Below are positions 1 to 10,165 of a stretch of 64,000 bases of DNA, in pieces. The notes beneath the pieces were generated by a model. The model was not told the DNA's origin. It saw only the letters and a program-made list of their open reading frames with translations, and did no database searches. The stretch is from Bacteroidota bacterium (lineage in GTDB: Bacteria; Bacteroidota; Bacteroidia; J057): NCBI GenBank assembly GCA_020438265.1, contig JAGQVA010000001.1, positions 1,741 through 65,740 on the forward strand, written 5' to 3'. Every line of letters starts with the position of its first letter. Position 1 is the first letter of the stretch. Position numbers and translations under genes: made by a program.

Positions 1-77
1 GCTAAAGGGTAAAAGGTTATTTAAGAAGCCGATAGGTCTCAAACGTGGGTAGAAATCAAACGATTTCATCAATATCC

Positions 78-112
78 CCCGATTATTGCGCCGCAGCGGC
101 GCAATAATCGGG
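78..112. repeat. Perfect GC-core hairpin (CCCGATTATTGCGCCG cag CGGCGCAATAATCGGG)
   Basis: 16-bp perfect stem with a 3-nt loop, read directly. It is nested in weaker outer complementarity GGTAGAAAT (48-56) / ATTTCTACC (134-142). It shares the GCGCCGC...GCGGCGC core with the hairpins at 16004-16075. Confidence 0.8.
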
Positions 113-295
113 AAGAGGAGGGGAAATTTGCGTATTTCTACCAGGCGTTAGCCGACGTTAGACCCTTAACAGGGTCTTTAATCCGCTTTGTTACTCTTGG
201 TTCTCATGAATAATAATTTAATCCAAATATTGGAGAATCTTCAGATAATTCCTAGTTTTCAGTCTTTTTGATAAGTACTAAATACACATAAATTA

Positions 296-1159
296 ATGAT
301 TGATAAGTTTCAAAGAGTTGCAGTAATTGGCGCCGGAACGATGGGAAATGGCATCGCCCACGTCTTCGCACAGTTTGGATATTCAGTAAACCTGATTGAT
401 ATCTCGGAAGCAGCTTTACAGCATGGACTCTCTGTGATTTCCCGGAATATGGACCGTCAGGTAAAGAAGGAAAAAATTACAGAAACGGATAAAGCGGCCT
501 CTCTTGCCCGTATTAACCCCATTACTGATCTGAAAGAAGGAGTCAGTGGCTGTGATCTGGTGATTGAAGCAGCAACAGAAAATAAAAATTTAAAACTGAA
601 TATTTTTAAGGACATAGATAGCTTTGCTCCCGAACATGCCATTCTTGCTACCAATACTTCTTCTATTTCTATTACAGAAATTGCTGCTGCTACACAGAGA
701 AAATCCCAGGTAATCGGAATGCACTTTATGAATCCGGTTCCGATGATGAAACTGGTAGAAGTGATCAATGGATATGATACTTCAAAAGGAGTAACAGCGG
801 ATATATTGGCGCTTTCTGAAGATCTGGGGAAGGTTCCGGTTCCGGTGAATGACTACCCTGGTTTTGTCGCCAACCGCATCCTCATGCCTATGATTAATGA
901 AGCGATTTATACCCACTTTGAAGGAGTGGCCGGAGTCGAAGAAATTGATACAGTCATGAAATTGGGCATGGCTCATCCCATGGGACCTTTAGAATTGGCT
1001 GATTTTATCGGACTGGATGTTTGTCTGGCAATTCTGAATGTATTGTATGAAGGGTTTGGCAACCCGAAATACGCGCCTTGTCCTTTATTAAAGAATATGG
1101 TTGCCTCTGGACATTTGGGAAGAAAGACAGGAAGAGGGTTTTATACTTATGGTGAGTAA
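296..1159 (+). CDS. hbd: 3-hydroxybutyryl-CoA / 3-hydroxyacyl-CoA dehydrogenase
   Basis: 287 aa. N-terminal Rossmann motif VAVIGAGTMGNGIA. Typical HBD core (TNTSSISITEIA, GMHFMNPVPMMKLVEV, GFVANRILMPMINEA, GPLELADFIGLDV, GRKTGRGFY). Confidence 0.92.
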   Translation: MIDKFQRVAVIGAGTMGNGIAHVFAQFGYSVNLIDISEAALQHGLSVISRNMDRQVKKEKITETDKAASLARINPITDLKEGVSGCDLVIEAATENKNLKLNIFKDIDSFAPEHAILATNTSSISITEIAAATQRKSQVIGMHFMNPVPMMKLVEVINGYDTSKGVTADILALSEDLGKVPVPVNDYPGFVANRILMPMINEAIYTHFEGVAGVEEIDTVMKLGMAHPMGPLELADFIGLDVCLAILNVLYEGFGNPKYAPCPLLKNMVASGHLGRKTGRGFYTYGE

Positions 1160-1172
1160 AATTCTACTCCAC

Positions 1173-1298
1173 TCCTCTCCGTGAACCTCTGTGCTCCTCT
1201 GCGAACCTCCGTGTTATAATTCAACTTGTATCGCGGAGCGATTGAGAAAAGCTATTTCACAGAGGTTCACAGAGAATAACACAGAGGTTCACAGAGAA
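1173..1298. repeat. Long imperfect inverted repeat built from CACAGAG(GTT)CACAGAG words
   Basis: Left arm is TCCTCTCCGTGAACCTCTGTG + CTCCTCTGCGAACCTCCGTGT. Right arm is TCACAGAGGTTCACAGAGAATA + ACACAGAGGTTCACAGAGAA. It lies in the convergent gap between hbd and the HD-domain gene. Confidence 0.8.
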
Positions 1299-1359
1299 AA
1301 TAGTAAGAATATGCTCTTATCGATTGTTTCTTTGCTGAATATTATCCTATCTGGAAAAA

Positions 1360-2595
1360 TCACCGCACCTCATCCGGGAAACAAAAAAACGCCTTTACAA
1401 CCGGCTGGGCAAGCGCATGAATACTCTGTGTATCGGTAACGGTAGCCAAATCCTGAATATCTCCATTTCGGAACAGAATGCGAATGGGTTCTTTGCTTCC
1501 TTCCAGATAAGCCTGATTGTGAACTGTATCGCTAAAAACAAAATAAGCAGCTTCTTCGACCGAAATTCCTGCTTTTTTAGCGAAAGCCTCTTTCTTTTTC
1601 CTTACTAGTTCTGAGTCGGGAGTTTCATTGACAAATTGTACTTTCAACAGGTTTCTACTCAGGATTCGTTTGCAGAGATTTGACAATACAAAGTCTTTGT
1701 CATATTGCCATTTTTTGATGGCATGTTCGATATCATTATCATCCAGACGAATAAATCTTTCTATCACTTCATCAGACAGATTTTCATGGGAGACAGGATG
1801 ATGGAAAAAATAACCCAGATTTTCATCCAGATAGATATTTTCGCCCTGATTGACCAGCTCCCTGGCCCGACGCAGGATATTCAACATCATATTTTCGGCA
1901 GCTACAGCCGCTTTATGAAGGTAAACCTGCCAGTACATCAGCCGCCGGGAAACAATAAATTTTTCAATGGAATAAATCCCTTTATCCTCGCAAACCAGCT
2001 GATTATTAGCTACAGTAAGGATTTTAATAATCCGGTCAATTCCCACAACCCCTTCTGCTACACCTGTAAAAAAACTGTCCCGAATCAGATAATCCATTCG
2101 GTCCATATCCAGTTGACTTGAAACGAGTTGGTGAAGAAAGGTCCTTTCGTAATTTCCTTCAAAAATCTCAATGGCCAGATCGAGTTTTCCCTTATGCTTT
2201 TTATTGAGATAATGCATCAATGCCAGGCTCATGTCCTCGTGATGCAGGTTGGGGATAATGGCGTATTCAAGGGCATGGGAAAAAGGCCCATGGCCAATAT
2301 CATGCAATAAAATTGCGATTAAAGCTGCTTTGTATTCCTGTTTGCTGATTTTTACTTTCTTACGCTTTAATGCGTCCAGCGCCTGCCGCATTAAGTGCAT
2401 CGCCCCAAGGGCGTGGTTAAAACGGGTGTGAACCGCTCCGGGATAAACCATCGAACTAAGCCCCAGTTGTTTGATTCTCCGCAGGCGCTGAAAGGCAGGG
2501 TCATCAATCAGATTCAGCAATACTCCCCGGGGTACATCGATAAAACCATGTACCGGATCATTGATAATTTTCGAGCGTTTAATCCTTTTTTCCAA
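1360..2595 (-). CDS. HD-domain phosphohydrolase (COG1078 / SAMHD1-like HD superfamily)
   Basis: 411 aa. INDPVHGFI N-terminus, RFNHALG and LLHDIGHGPFSH (H...HD metal motif), DMDRMDYLIRDS. The apparent start codon is TTG. Confidence 0.8.
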   Translation of the reverse strand: MEKRIKRSKIINDPVHGFIDVPRGVLLNLIDDPAFQRLRRIKQLGLSSMVYPGAVHTRFNHALGAMHLMRQALDALKRKKVKISKQEYKAALIAILLHDIGHGPFSHALEYAIIPNLHHEDMSLALMHYLNKKHKGKLDLAIEIFEGNYERTFLHQLVSSQLDMDRMDYLIRDSFFTGVAEGVVGIDRIIKILTVANNQLVCEDKGIYSIEKFIVSRRLMYWQVYLHKAAVAAENMMLNILRRARELVNQGENIYLDENLGYFFHHPVSHENLSDEVIERFIRLDDNDIEHAIKKWQYDKDFVLSNLCKRILSRNLLKVQFVNETPDSELVRKKKEAFAKKAGISVEEAAYFVFSDTVHNQAYLEGSKEPIRILFRNGDIQDLATVTDTQSIHALAQPVVKAFFCFPDEVR

Positions 2596-2664
2596 CGTTC
2601 AAAACAGTTTGTATCGGCAAATTAAAAAATAAAGTGTACTTTCAGTGGAGAATTAAATTCAATC

Positions 2665-4011
2665 ATGAATTTCATGATATTTCCAGCAAAATTACGATTA
2701 ATCTGTGTCAGTTTGTGGGGAATCTGGATGGGAATCACCTTTTCGGTTTTTGCCCAGGATAATGCTCATCCTGATTCAGCGAAATTATCTGTCAAATCAA
2801 TCATTCCCGACTCTTTTCCCGAAGTGGTATTGATCCTCAATGGAGATCGCCAAATCCAGACTGATACCGCTTTTATCCAGGTTTATGAAAATGACAAGAA
2901 GGTCAATGATATACAATTTGAAAGTAACCGACTTAATCATAAGATAAAAGTTGCCATTTTGTTTGATTGTTCTGAGAAAATGGAAAGTGAGAGTGAGGAA
3001 GATTATTCCGCTTCCATGTCTTATGGGAAGGAAGGAATAAAAGCCTTTATGGGTTCTTTAAAATTTCCCGGGGATTCAATCATTATGGTCAATTATGCCG
3101 CTACCATCAGTAATACCGACCTCAATGATAATCTGACAGTGATGGAAATGATTTTAGGTTCTTTGGAACCAGAGAAAGAGGGACGGGTTTTTTATGACGC
3201 ACTTCAACTGGGCATTGAGGCTTTGAATCCCTACAGTGGGCGAAAAATTATAGTGGCTATGGCCAGAGGAGAGGATCAGGGATCAGAAACTCCGCTGGAA
3301 ACGATTACGCAGAGCGCAGATATTTTGGACATTCCTCTGTATATTATTGGAGTGGGAGAGATTGATAAGAACCATTTTGAAAAGGTCGCCCGGAAAACGG
3401 GAGGTGATTTTTTCTATGCTGAATCACCCGAAGAACTGGAAGATATATACCTGAATCTTAGCTCTTATTTACAGGAAGTATATGAACTTACCTATACTTC
3501 TCCCAATGCAAATATCAAATCAGGAGATCGCAGATCCGTAAAAATCGTCTTTGATCAGGGAGAAGAAAAATTTTCACTAAACACCTCTTTTAGAATACCC
3601 ATTATAGAAAATCCCAGGACCGTTGATGACATTCCCGTAGTACCAGAAACCGGGAAAAGTTATCTGGGGATGATACTGGCCCTGATCTTCCTTATTCTCG
3701 CGGGAGTTGGCCTGGTTTGGTGGAAAAGGCGAAGTGATGCGATAGGACTCATTGTTCCTGCGATTACCGAGGTTGCTTTGAACCCTAAAAAACCCGAACT
3801 AAAAGCATGGGTAAATATTCCCCAAAGAGATCGCCCCGCCCGATTTACGATTTTTTCTGCTTCAGGAGTACCCAAAAAGGACTTTGTTTTTTCCGGTAGT
3901 AAAAGAAGGGTAAAAGTGGATATCTCCTCATTGGAGGATGGAGTTTATTTCTGCGTTTTGTCAAATGGAGGGTTGGACTCGGAAAGAAAGGAAATAGTGA
4001 TTGATAGATAA
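2665..4011 (+). CDS. von Willebrand factor A (vWA) domain membrane protein with T9SS-CTD-like C-terminal module
   Basis: 448 aa. Signal/anchor sequence, then a vWA-like core (KVAILFDCSEKM ... IIVAMARGEDQGSE ... IPLYIIGVGE ... GGDFFYAESPEEL). One TM helix (YLGMILALIFLILAGVGLVWW). The tail ends ...LEDGVYFCVLSNGG.... Confidence 0.6.
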   Translation: MNFMIFPAKLRLICVSLWGIWMGITFSVFAQDNAHPDSAKLSVKSIIPDSFPEVVLILNGDRQIQTDTAFIQVYENDKKVNDIQFESNRLNHKIKVAILFDCSEKMESESEEDYSASMSYGKEGIKAFMGSLKFPGDSIIMVNYAATISNTDLNDNLTVMEMILGSLEPEKEGRVFYDALQLGIEALNPYSGRKIIVAMARGEDQGSETPLETITQSADILDIPLYIIGVGEIDKNHFEKVARKTGGDFFYAESPEELEDIYLNLSSYLQEVYELTYTSPNANIKSGDRRSVKIVFDQGEEKFSLNTSFRIPIIENPRTVDDIPVVPETGKSYLGMILALIFLILAGVGLVWWKRRSDAIGLIVPAITEVALNPKKPELKAWVNIPQRDRPARFTIFSASGVPKKDFVFSGSKRRVKVDISSLEDGVYFCVLSNGGLDSERKEIVIDR

Positions 4012-4267
4012 TTTCTTTTCGATGGGCGTGAATGCGCCTTTTACCAAAGACAATTTACAGTTTGTCCGCAATCTGATTTACTGGCTCGATGGCGCACTGA
4101 AATAACTGCCTGAATGGCAGGATATTTGACACTAATCCTCTTATTTAATAGGAAAATAGGAAATTGCTGCAAATTTGATAATTTGCGTATCGGGAATATT
4201 TTGCTTTTCGCCGACAATTTATTTCCTCAATAAAATTGACTTGCTCAAACCAATTAAAAATTACAAA

Positions 4268-5512
4268 ATGCTGGAAAACATTTTTGACAATTGCCCCTCT
4301 GCTCCCGATCTTACCAACCCCGATCACCTTGCTTTAGTAAAAGAAAAAGTTTCTTTGATTCTGAGCCATACTGACGATATTTCTCAGTTGGATGCGCTCG
4401 AAAAAGAATGGATTCAATCCAAGGATGAAACAACGATTCTTGTATTATTAGCATTGAAAATTGCCAGGTCGAAGCTGATCGTCAAAAATATCAAGGAAGA
4501 GACCAAAGTGTCGATTGTTTTTGCAGTTTATAAGGAAAATAACCGTATTCTTACCAGTGAAGAACACGAACATGGGGAAGATTTCTTACGGCAGAAAGCT
4601 GCCCAATTATCCGACCTTTTTGATGAATATCCTCACTTGAGTTGGGAACTGGTGATTGTTGACGATGGTTGTCCTGAAGGCAGTGGAAAAATTGCCCGTG
4701 AAATTGCTGCCAAAGAAGGCCTCGAAGACAGAGTGAGAGTATTATTCCTCGAAGAAGCAATTGCTGAAGGACTGGAAGTTACGGCTCCCATGACTTCAAC
4801 CAAAGACAGCATGAAAGGGGGAGCCATTACTTATGGAATGTGGGATGCCGCTACCCATAGCCAGCATGACAATCATATTATCGTTTTTACGGATGCTGAC
4901 CTTTCCACTCATTTGGGGCAGGTAGGGTTATTGATGGACTCTATTATTAATGAAGGGAAAAACGTCTGCGTTGCTTCAAGAAGAGAGGGAAATTCAGTCG
5001 TCATCAAAAAAGGCAGCCGTAACGACCGGGGTAAATTATTCATTTATCTGTGGAAACACATGGTGCCCAACCTCAGCTATATCATTGATACACAGTGTGG
5101 TTTTAAAGCATTTAAGAAAGAAACTGTTCTTCATATCGTCAATGATATGATTGAAAAGAAATTTGCTTTTGACATTGAACTTTTGCTTAAGTCTGAACTT
5201 CAGCAGACTGATTCAATCGAAAAAGTAGGGGTTGCCTGGATCGACAGTGAAGCTGCTTCCACTACTACTGATTTGCAGCCTTATATCTGGATGTTGAAAG
5301 CTATTGCCCAGATGTATAAAAAGTATCTGCCAGCTAATCCTCAATCAGATGAGATTGCTCAGTTTATTCTGGATCTCAGCAAGGAAGAATTTGATCAGTT
5401 GCTGGATAATATTCCAACCGCCATCACAGATCGTGAGCCTGTAGAGTTTAACGAATTTAAAGGTGTTTCTGCGGAAGATTTAAGAATGGCTATTCAGGCG
5501 GTTCAGGTGTAG
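4268..5512 (+). CDS. Family 2 glycosyltransferase (Dpm1/Alg5-like fold) with helical N- and C-terminal extensions
   Basis: VSIVFAVYKEN, LVIVDDGCPEGSG, IIVFTDADLSTH (DxD-type) and DTQCGFKAF motifs. I placed the start at the ATG at 4268 (MLENIF...) rather than the longer ORF start at 4175. Confidence 0.75.
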   Translation: MLENIFDNCPSAPDLTNPDHLALVKEKVSLILSHTDDISQLDALEKEWIQSKDETTILVLLALKIARSKLIVKNIKEETKVSIVFAVYKENNRILTSEEHEHGEDFLRQKAAQLSDLFDEYPHLSWELVIVDDGCPEGSGKIAREIAAKEGLEDRVRVLFLEEAIAEGLEVTAPMTSTKDSMKGGAITYGMWDAATHSQHDNHIIVFTDADLSTHLGQVGLLMDSIINEGKNVCVASRREGNSVVIKKGSRNDRGKLFIYLWKHMVPNLSYIIDTQCGFKAFKKETVLHIVNDMIEKKFAFDIELLLKSELQQTDSIEKVGVAWIDSEAASTTTDLQPYIWMLKAIAQMYKKYLPANPQSDEIAQFILDLSKEEFDQLLDNIPTAITDREPVEFNEFKGVSAEDLRMAIQAVQV

Positions 5513-5530
5513 ATAATGATCAATAACCAT

Positions 5531-5569
5531 AAAAAAAGAGGTTGTCTGCGAAAGACAACCTCTTTTTTT
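5531..5569. terminator. Bidirectional rho-independent terminator
   Basis: AAAAAAAGAGGTTGTCT gcgaa AGACAACCTCTTTTTTT. An 11-bp perfect stem flanked by an A-run and a T-run, between convergent genes. Confidence 0.85.
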
Positions 5570-5586
5570 ATAAGTTATGAAATCAA

Positions 5587-6336
5587 TTATTCAGCCTGAG
5601 CAGCTTCAGAAGGAGAAGCTACCAACTGGATATTGAAAGCAATATCATCACTGATAACCTGGTCAGCAGCTAAATCTACGATTAGCGTACCTGAATTGTA
5701 CTTTACATCAAATTTGCTACGGTCAATAGCAAAAGTAGCCTCAGCAGTAACGCCATCGTCAGCTACATCAATTGTTGCCGGGAAAGTAACTTGCTGTGTT
5801 TTATCTCTGATAGTCAGGTTACCAGAAACCATGTAAGTAGAACCTTCAAGGCTAGCAGCTTTGGTGATAACCAGGCTGGCAGATGGATACATTTCTACGT
5901 TGAAGAAATCGTCAGAGCTCAGGTGCCCTACGAGTTTTCCATTTTTTTCAGCATCATCAATATCCAGGTCTTTAATAGTTGTCATATCGATAATAAAAAA
6001 TCCACCAACAACTTTTCCGTCAACTACTTCAAATCTTCCTTCCTGTACATCGATGGTACCATTATGGCCGTAAGCAGCCTTTTCTCCATACCAGGCAACA
6101 CTGCTGGAAGCAGCGTCTACGGTGTAAGTTACAGCAGCTTCAGCTTCAGCAGGAGTTCCTGCTTCTCCATAAACAACATCACTTACTTCACCTTCCCAGA
6201 AGTTTGTGGGAGCAACAGCAACATCAGTACCGGTTGAATCTGCAGCTGCAGTTTCGGTATCTCCGGTTTTTTCGCTGCTACATGCAACAGCAAAAAATAC
6301 CATGATTCCCAATAAATAAACAAATACCTTTTTCAT
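5587..6336 (-). CDS. YceI-like domain lipoprotein
   Basis: 249 aa. Lipoprotein signal (FFAVAC|SS). The YceI-like core follows the usual 'W...G...H.G...G...D......ID..S' pattern (VAWYGEKAAYGHNGTIDVQEG..., IIDMTTIKD, LSSDDFFNVEMYPSA, GNLTIRDKTQQVTFPA). Confidence 0.8.
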   Translation of the reverse strand: MKKVFVYLLGIMVFFAVACSSEKTGDTETAAADSTGTDVAVAPTNFWEGEVSDVVYGEAGTPAEAEAAVTYTVDAASSSVAWYGEKAAYGHNGTIDVQEGRFEVVDGKVVGGFFIIDMTTIKDLDIDDAEKNGKLVGHLSSDDFFNVEMYPSASLVITKAASLEGSTYMVSGNLTIRDKTQQVTFPATIDVADDGVTAEATFAIDRSKFDVKYNSGTLIVDLAADQVISDDIAFNIQLVASPSEAAQAE

Positions 6337-6516
6337 CTGATTACTTTTACTTTAAGTTTGGTTATAATAAAAATATGTTAATAAAACAATTAACCGAATG
6401 CAAATTTAATACTAATCATTTTTAATAAACAACATATTTTTAACCATTTTAACCCTGAAATAGTTTAATTGTTGGTAATGAAACTGACAAAGTGCGAAAA
6501 ATCATGGAAATTTTGC

Positions 6517-6547
6517 TTGACATTAGTATGATCCCCTGATAATTTTG
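6517..6547 (+). promoter_or_regulatory. Candidate Bacteroidota sigma-A promoter for sdhCAB (TTG-N20-TAATTTTG)
   Basis: TTG at 6517-6519 and TAATTTTG (TAnnTTTG consensus) at 6540-6547, about 33 nt upstream of the sdhC ATG. Confidence 0.45.
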
Positions 6548-6579
6548 ACAGTTGACTATAAACTAACAAACTTCTATAT

Positions 6580-7266
6580 ATGGCTACAGTTGTAAATATT
6601 TTCTCTCATACAATTGGCCGGAAATTGATTATGGCTCTCACTGGAGGATTCCTGATCATATTTCTCATCGGCCACCTGGCGGGGAACCTGGTGCTTTTCG
6701 TGGAGGATTCCCAATTGGCGTTTAATGAATATACCAAATTCATGACGACCAATCCCTTTGTCAAGGTTTTGTCTTATCTGACATATATCAGTATTATTCT
6801 TCACGTGATATATGCGATTGTTCTGGGAAGAATGAATACTCAGGCACGCCCGGTAAGGTATTCATACAACAAACCTGCCCAGAGCAGCACGTGGAATGCC
6901 CGAAGCATGACCCTCCTTGGGCTGATTGTTTTGGTTTTCCTGATCATTCACTTAAAATCTTTCTGGTTTGAATTAAAATTTGGAGCAGTTCCGATGATGG
7001 AAGGAACGGATTTGAAAGACCTTCATACGGTTGTGATTGCTGCTTTTTCACAGTGGTGGTATGTCATAATTTATGTTCTTGCAATGGCAGGACTGGCTTA
7101 TCATCTCGATCACGGATTTCAAAGTGCTTTTCAAACCCTGGGTTTGAACCACAAGGCATATACACCAGTTATAAAAAGTATTGGAAGAATTTTCGCTATT
7201 GCCGTTCCTGCGCTTTTTGCCTTAATTCCTGTTTACGTTTACCTGACACAAAATAATATACTATAA
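6580..7266 (+). CDS. sdhC: Succinate dehydrogenase / fumarate reductase cytochrome b subunit (b558 family)
   Basis: 228 aa, five hydrophobic helices with conserved His residues. It directly precedes sdhA with a TAATG stop/start overlap. Confidence 0.85.
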   Translation: MATVVNIFSHTIGRKLIMALTGGFLIIFLIGHLAGNLVLFVEDSQLAFNEYTKFMTTNPFVKVLSYLTYISIILHVIYAIVLGRMNTQARPVRYSYNKPAQSSTWNARSMTLLGLIVLVFLIIHLKSFWFELKFGAVPMMEGTDLKDLHTVVIAAFSQWWYVIIYVLAMAGLAYHLDHGFQSAFQTLGLNHKAYTPVIKSIGRIFAIAVPALFALIPVYVYLTQNNIL

Positions 7267-9218
7267 TGCCATTAGACGATAATTTTCAATTGGATTCCAA
7301 AATACCCAGTGGCCCACTGGCAGAAAAGTGGGACCAACATAAATTTGATATAAAGCTGGTCAACCCGGCAAACAAAAGGAAATACGAGATCATCGTAATT
7401 GGTACCGGACTGGCGGGTGCTTCTGCCAGTGCATCCCTGGCTGAGCTTGGCTATAATGTCAGAGCTTTTTGCTTTCAGGATAGTGCACGAAGAGCTCACA
7501 GTATTGCAGCTCAGGGAGGTATCAATGCTGCTAAAAACTACCAAAATGATGGTGATAGTGTTTACAGACTTTTTTACGATACTGTAAAAGGAGGAGACTA
7601 CCGCTCCAGAGAAGCCAATGTGTATCGCCTTTCTCAGGTTAGTGTGAATATCATTGACCAGGCAGTTGCGCAGGGAGTACCTTTCGCCCGTGAATATGGT
7701 GGTTTGTTATCTAACCGCTCTTTTGGTGGTGCACAGGTGTCTCGTACCTTTTATGCAAAAGGGCAAACCGGTCAGCAACTTTTGCTGGGAGCTTACAGTG
7801 CGTTGAGCCGTCAGGTTGCAGCTGGAAAAGTTACGCTCCATACCCGTGAGGAGATGCTGGATGTTGTAATAGTGGATGGGAAAGCCTGTGGCGTGGTAAC
7901 CCGAAACCTGATCTCTGGTGAAATCAAGTCCTACAGCGCTCATGCTGTAGTATTGGCCAGTGGCGGATATGGCAACGTATTCTACCTATCTACCAATGCG
8001 ATGGGATCGAATGTTACAGCGGCATGGAAAGCCCACCGTAAAGGAGCATTATTCGCTAATCCATGTTTTACTCAGATTCACCCGACATGTATTCCTGTTT
8101 CCGGACATTATCAGTCAAAACTGACCCTTATGTCGGAATCGCTCCGGAATGATGGACGGGTATGGGTACCCAAAGATATCGCTGTTTCCGAGAAACTGCG
8201 CAAAAAAGAAATGCGACCCAGAGATGTTGCTGAAGCAGATCGGGATTATTATCTGGAACGAAAATATCCTTCTTTTGGTAATCTTGTTCCCCGTGATGTG
8301 GCTTCCCGAAATGCAAAGGATGTATGTGATGAGGGTAGGGGAGTAGGTAAAACGGGTCTGGCTGTTTTCCTGGATTTTTCTGACGCTATTAACCGTGATG
8401 GAAGAGATGTGATCGAAGCCAAATATGGTAACCTCTTCGATATGTATAAGCAGATTACCGGTGAAAATCCTTACGAAACACCGATGATGATTTATCCTGC
8501 CGTTCACTATACGATGGGAGGTCTTTGGGTAGATTATAATCTGATGACAACTGTTCCGGGACTATACGCCCTGGGTGAATGTAATTTCTCGGATCACGGA
8601 GCGAACCGTCTGGGTGCCAGTGCTCTCATGCAGGGATTGGCCGATGGTTATTTTGTGATTCCTTATACAATTGGTGATTACCTGGCTCGCCAGCCATACA
8701 AAAAAGTTTCTGCGGATCATCAGGCATTTAAGGAAGCTGAGAAAGGAGTGAAAGATAGTATTGATCAGCTGCTGAATATGAAAGGTGAAAGATCTGTAGA
8801 TGATTTCCACCGGGAACTGGGTAAGATCATGTGGGATTACTGTGGAATGTCCCGTACTGCTGAAGGACTGACCAAAGCTCGTCAGATGGTTAAAGACCTA
8901 AAGGTAGAGTTTGAGAAAAATCTGAAAGTCATTGGTAGTGCTGATGAATTGAATCAAACCCTGGAAAAAGCCTTACGTGTGAAAGACTTCTTTGAATTGG
9001 CTGAATTAATGATTGTTGATGCTTTTGAGCGCAATGAGTCATGTGGAGGGCATTTCCGGGAAGAATATCAAACCCCTGATGGTGAAGCCCTTCGCGACGA
9101 TGAAAATTACCGATATGTGGCTGCCTGGGAATACCTGGGAGAAGGAAAAGATGAAAAACTCCACAAAGAAGATCTGGATTTCGAGTATGTGAAACTTACC
9201 CAAAGAAGTTATAAATAA
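7266..9218 (+). CDS. sdhA: Succinate dehydrogenase / fumarate reductase flavoprotein subunit
   Basis: 650 aa. FAD motif [60 protein letters not shown]. Confidence 0.95.
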   Translation: MPLDDNFQLDSKIPSGPLAEKWDQHKFDIKLVNPANKRKYEIIVIGTGLAGASASASLAELGYNVRAFCFQDSARRAHSIAAQGGINAAKNYQNDGDSVYRLFYDTVKGGDYRSREANVYRLSQVSVNIIDQAVAQGVPFAREYGGLLSNRSFGGAQVSRTFYAKGQTGQQLLLGAYSALSRQVAAGKVTLHTREEMLDVVIVDGKACGVVTRNLISGEIKSYSAHAVVLASGGYGNVFYLSTNAMGSNVTAAWKAHRKGALFANPCFTQIHPTCIPVSGHYQSKLTLMSESLRNDGRVWVPKDIAVSEKLRKKEMRPRDVAEADRDYYLERKYPSFGNLVPRDVASRNAKDVCDEGRGVGKTGLAVFLDFSDAINRDGRDVIEAKYGNLFDMYKQITGENPYETPMMIYPAVHYTMGGLWVDYNLMTTVPGLYALGECNFSDHGANRLGASALMQGLADGYFVIPYTIGDYLARQPYKKVSADHQAFKEAEKGVKDSIDQLLNMKGERSVDDFHRELGKIMWDYCGMSRTAEGLTKARQMVKDLKVEFEKNLKVIGSADELNQTLEKALRVKDFFELAELMIVDAFERNESCGGHFREEYQTPDGEALRDDENYRYVAAWEYLGEGKDEKLHKEDLDFEYVKLTQRSYK

Positions 9219-9219
9219 A

Positions 9220-9987
9220 ATGAAATTTACCTTAAAAATATGGCGTCAGGCTGGCGCAAATCAGTCTGGAGAATTAAAAACGTACGAGATCGACAATATT
9301 TCCAGTGATATGTCTTTTCTGGAAATGCTTGACGTACTCAATGAAAATTTGGTACAAAAAGGAGAAGATCCTGTACATTTTGACCATGACTGTCGTGAGG
9401 GTATTTGCGGAATGTGTAGCCTTTACATCAATGGCCGGGCTCATGGACCTCAAAGAGCAATTACCACTTGTCAGCTTCACATGAGAAGCTTCAACGATGG
9501 AGATACCATTGTCATTGAACCCTGGAGAGCAAAAGCCTTTCCTGTTGTCAAAGACCTTGTGGTTGACCGCAGTGCTTTCGACCGGATTATTCAGGCTGGT
9601 GGATTCGTTTCGGTAGATACAGGTGGGGTTCCTGATGCAAATCTGATTCCCATTCCTAAAGACACTGCCAGTGAAGCGATGGATGCGGCTACCTGTATTG
9701 GATGCGGTGCCTGTGTGGCAACGTGTAAAAATGCCTCTGCCATGTTATTCGTTTCTGCGAAGGTTTCACAACTGGCGATGTTGCCTCAGGGACAGGTTGA
9801 ACGTTATAGTCGTGTGGAAAAAATGGTTGCTCAAATGGACGAAGAAGGATTTGGTTCCTGTACCAATACCTATGCTTGTGAGGCAGAATGTCCTAAAGAA
9901 ATCAGTGTGACCAATATCGCACGGATGAATGCAGAATACCTGAAGTCCAAATTTACCTCTTCTGATTCTTTTGCAGGAAAGAGCTAG
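9220..9987 (+). CDS. sdhB: Succinate dehydrogenase / fumarate reductase iron-sulfur subunit
   Basis: 255 aa. Cys clusters [21 protein letters not shown] and [13 protein letters not shown]. Confidence 0.95.
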   Translation: MKFTLKIWRQAGANQSGELKTYEIDNISSDMSFLEMLDVLNENLVQKGEDPVHFDHDCREGICGMCSLYINGRAHGPQRAITTCQLHMRSFNDGDTIVIEPWRAKAFPVVKDLVVDRSAFDRIIQAGGFVSVDTGGVPDANLIPIPKDTASEAMDAATCIGCGACVATCKNASAMLFVSAKVSQLAMLPQGQVERYSRVEKMVAQMDEEGFGSCTNTYACEAECPKEISVTNIARMNAEYLKSKFTSSDSFAGKS

Positions 9988-10000
9988 AATACGTTGTCTG

Positions 10001-10050
10001 ATACCTTATTTTGCCCGATATATGTACCTTCATCGGGCAGAATAAGGTAT
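10001..10050 (+). terminator. Long stem-loop after sdhB (terminator-like, no clear T-run)
   Basis: ATACCTTATTTTGCCCGAT ... ATCGGGCAGAATAAGGTAT, a 19-bp stem with one mismatch, 14 nt after the sdhB stop. Confidence 0.55.
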
Positions 10051-10086
10051 TAACTGCAAAAAACCTTAACCTTTTCTTTTTTACCC

Positions 10087-10117
10087 TTGTTTATCCGCTT
10101 TTACCGCACTATTTTTG
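10087..10117 (+). promoter_or_regulatory. Candidate promoter for queA (TTG-N20-TATTTTTG)
   Basis: TTG at 10087-10089 and TATTTTTG at 10110-10117. The -7 box overlaps the TTG at 10115 that starts the longest ORF, which argues for the downstream ATG start. Confidence 0.4.
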
Positions 10118-10165
10118 CGGCTCATTATTCAATTGCAAACCCTAAAGTATAGAGTGCTCATGGCA

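Noticed and set aside
1191-1439. 82-aa ORF over the CACAGAG inverted repeat
   Set aside because: The translation (…RFTENNTEVHRENS…) simply reads through the repeat words, and it overlaps the 3' end of the HD-domain gene.
5791-6237. 148-aa ORF antisense to the YceI-like gene
   Set aside because: Its composition is S/F/N-rich and low-complexity, whereas the minus-strand frame has a lipoprotein signal and YceI motifs.
10115-10165. Longer queA start at TTG 10115
   Set aside because: The extra 17 residues ([17 protein letters not shown]) are not QueA-like, and the TTG lies inside a good TAnnTTTG -7 promoter box. The ATG at 10166 gives the canonical [15 protein letters not shown]-terminus.
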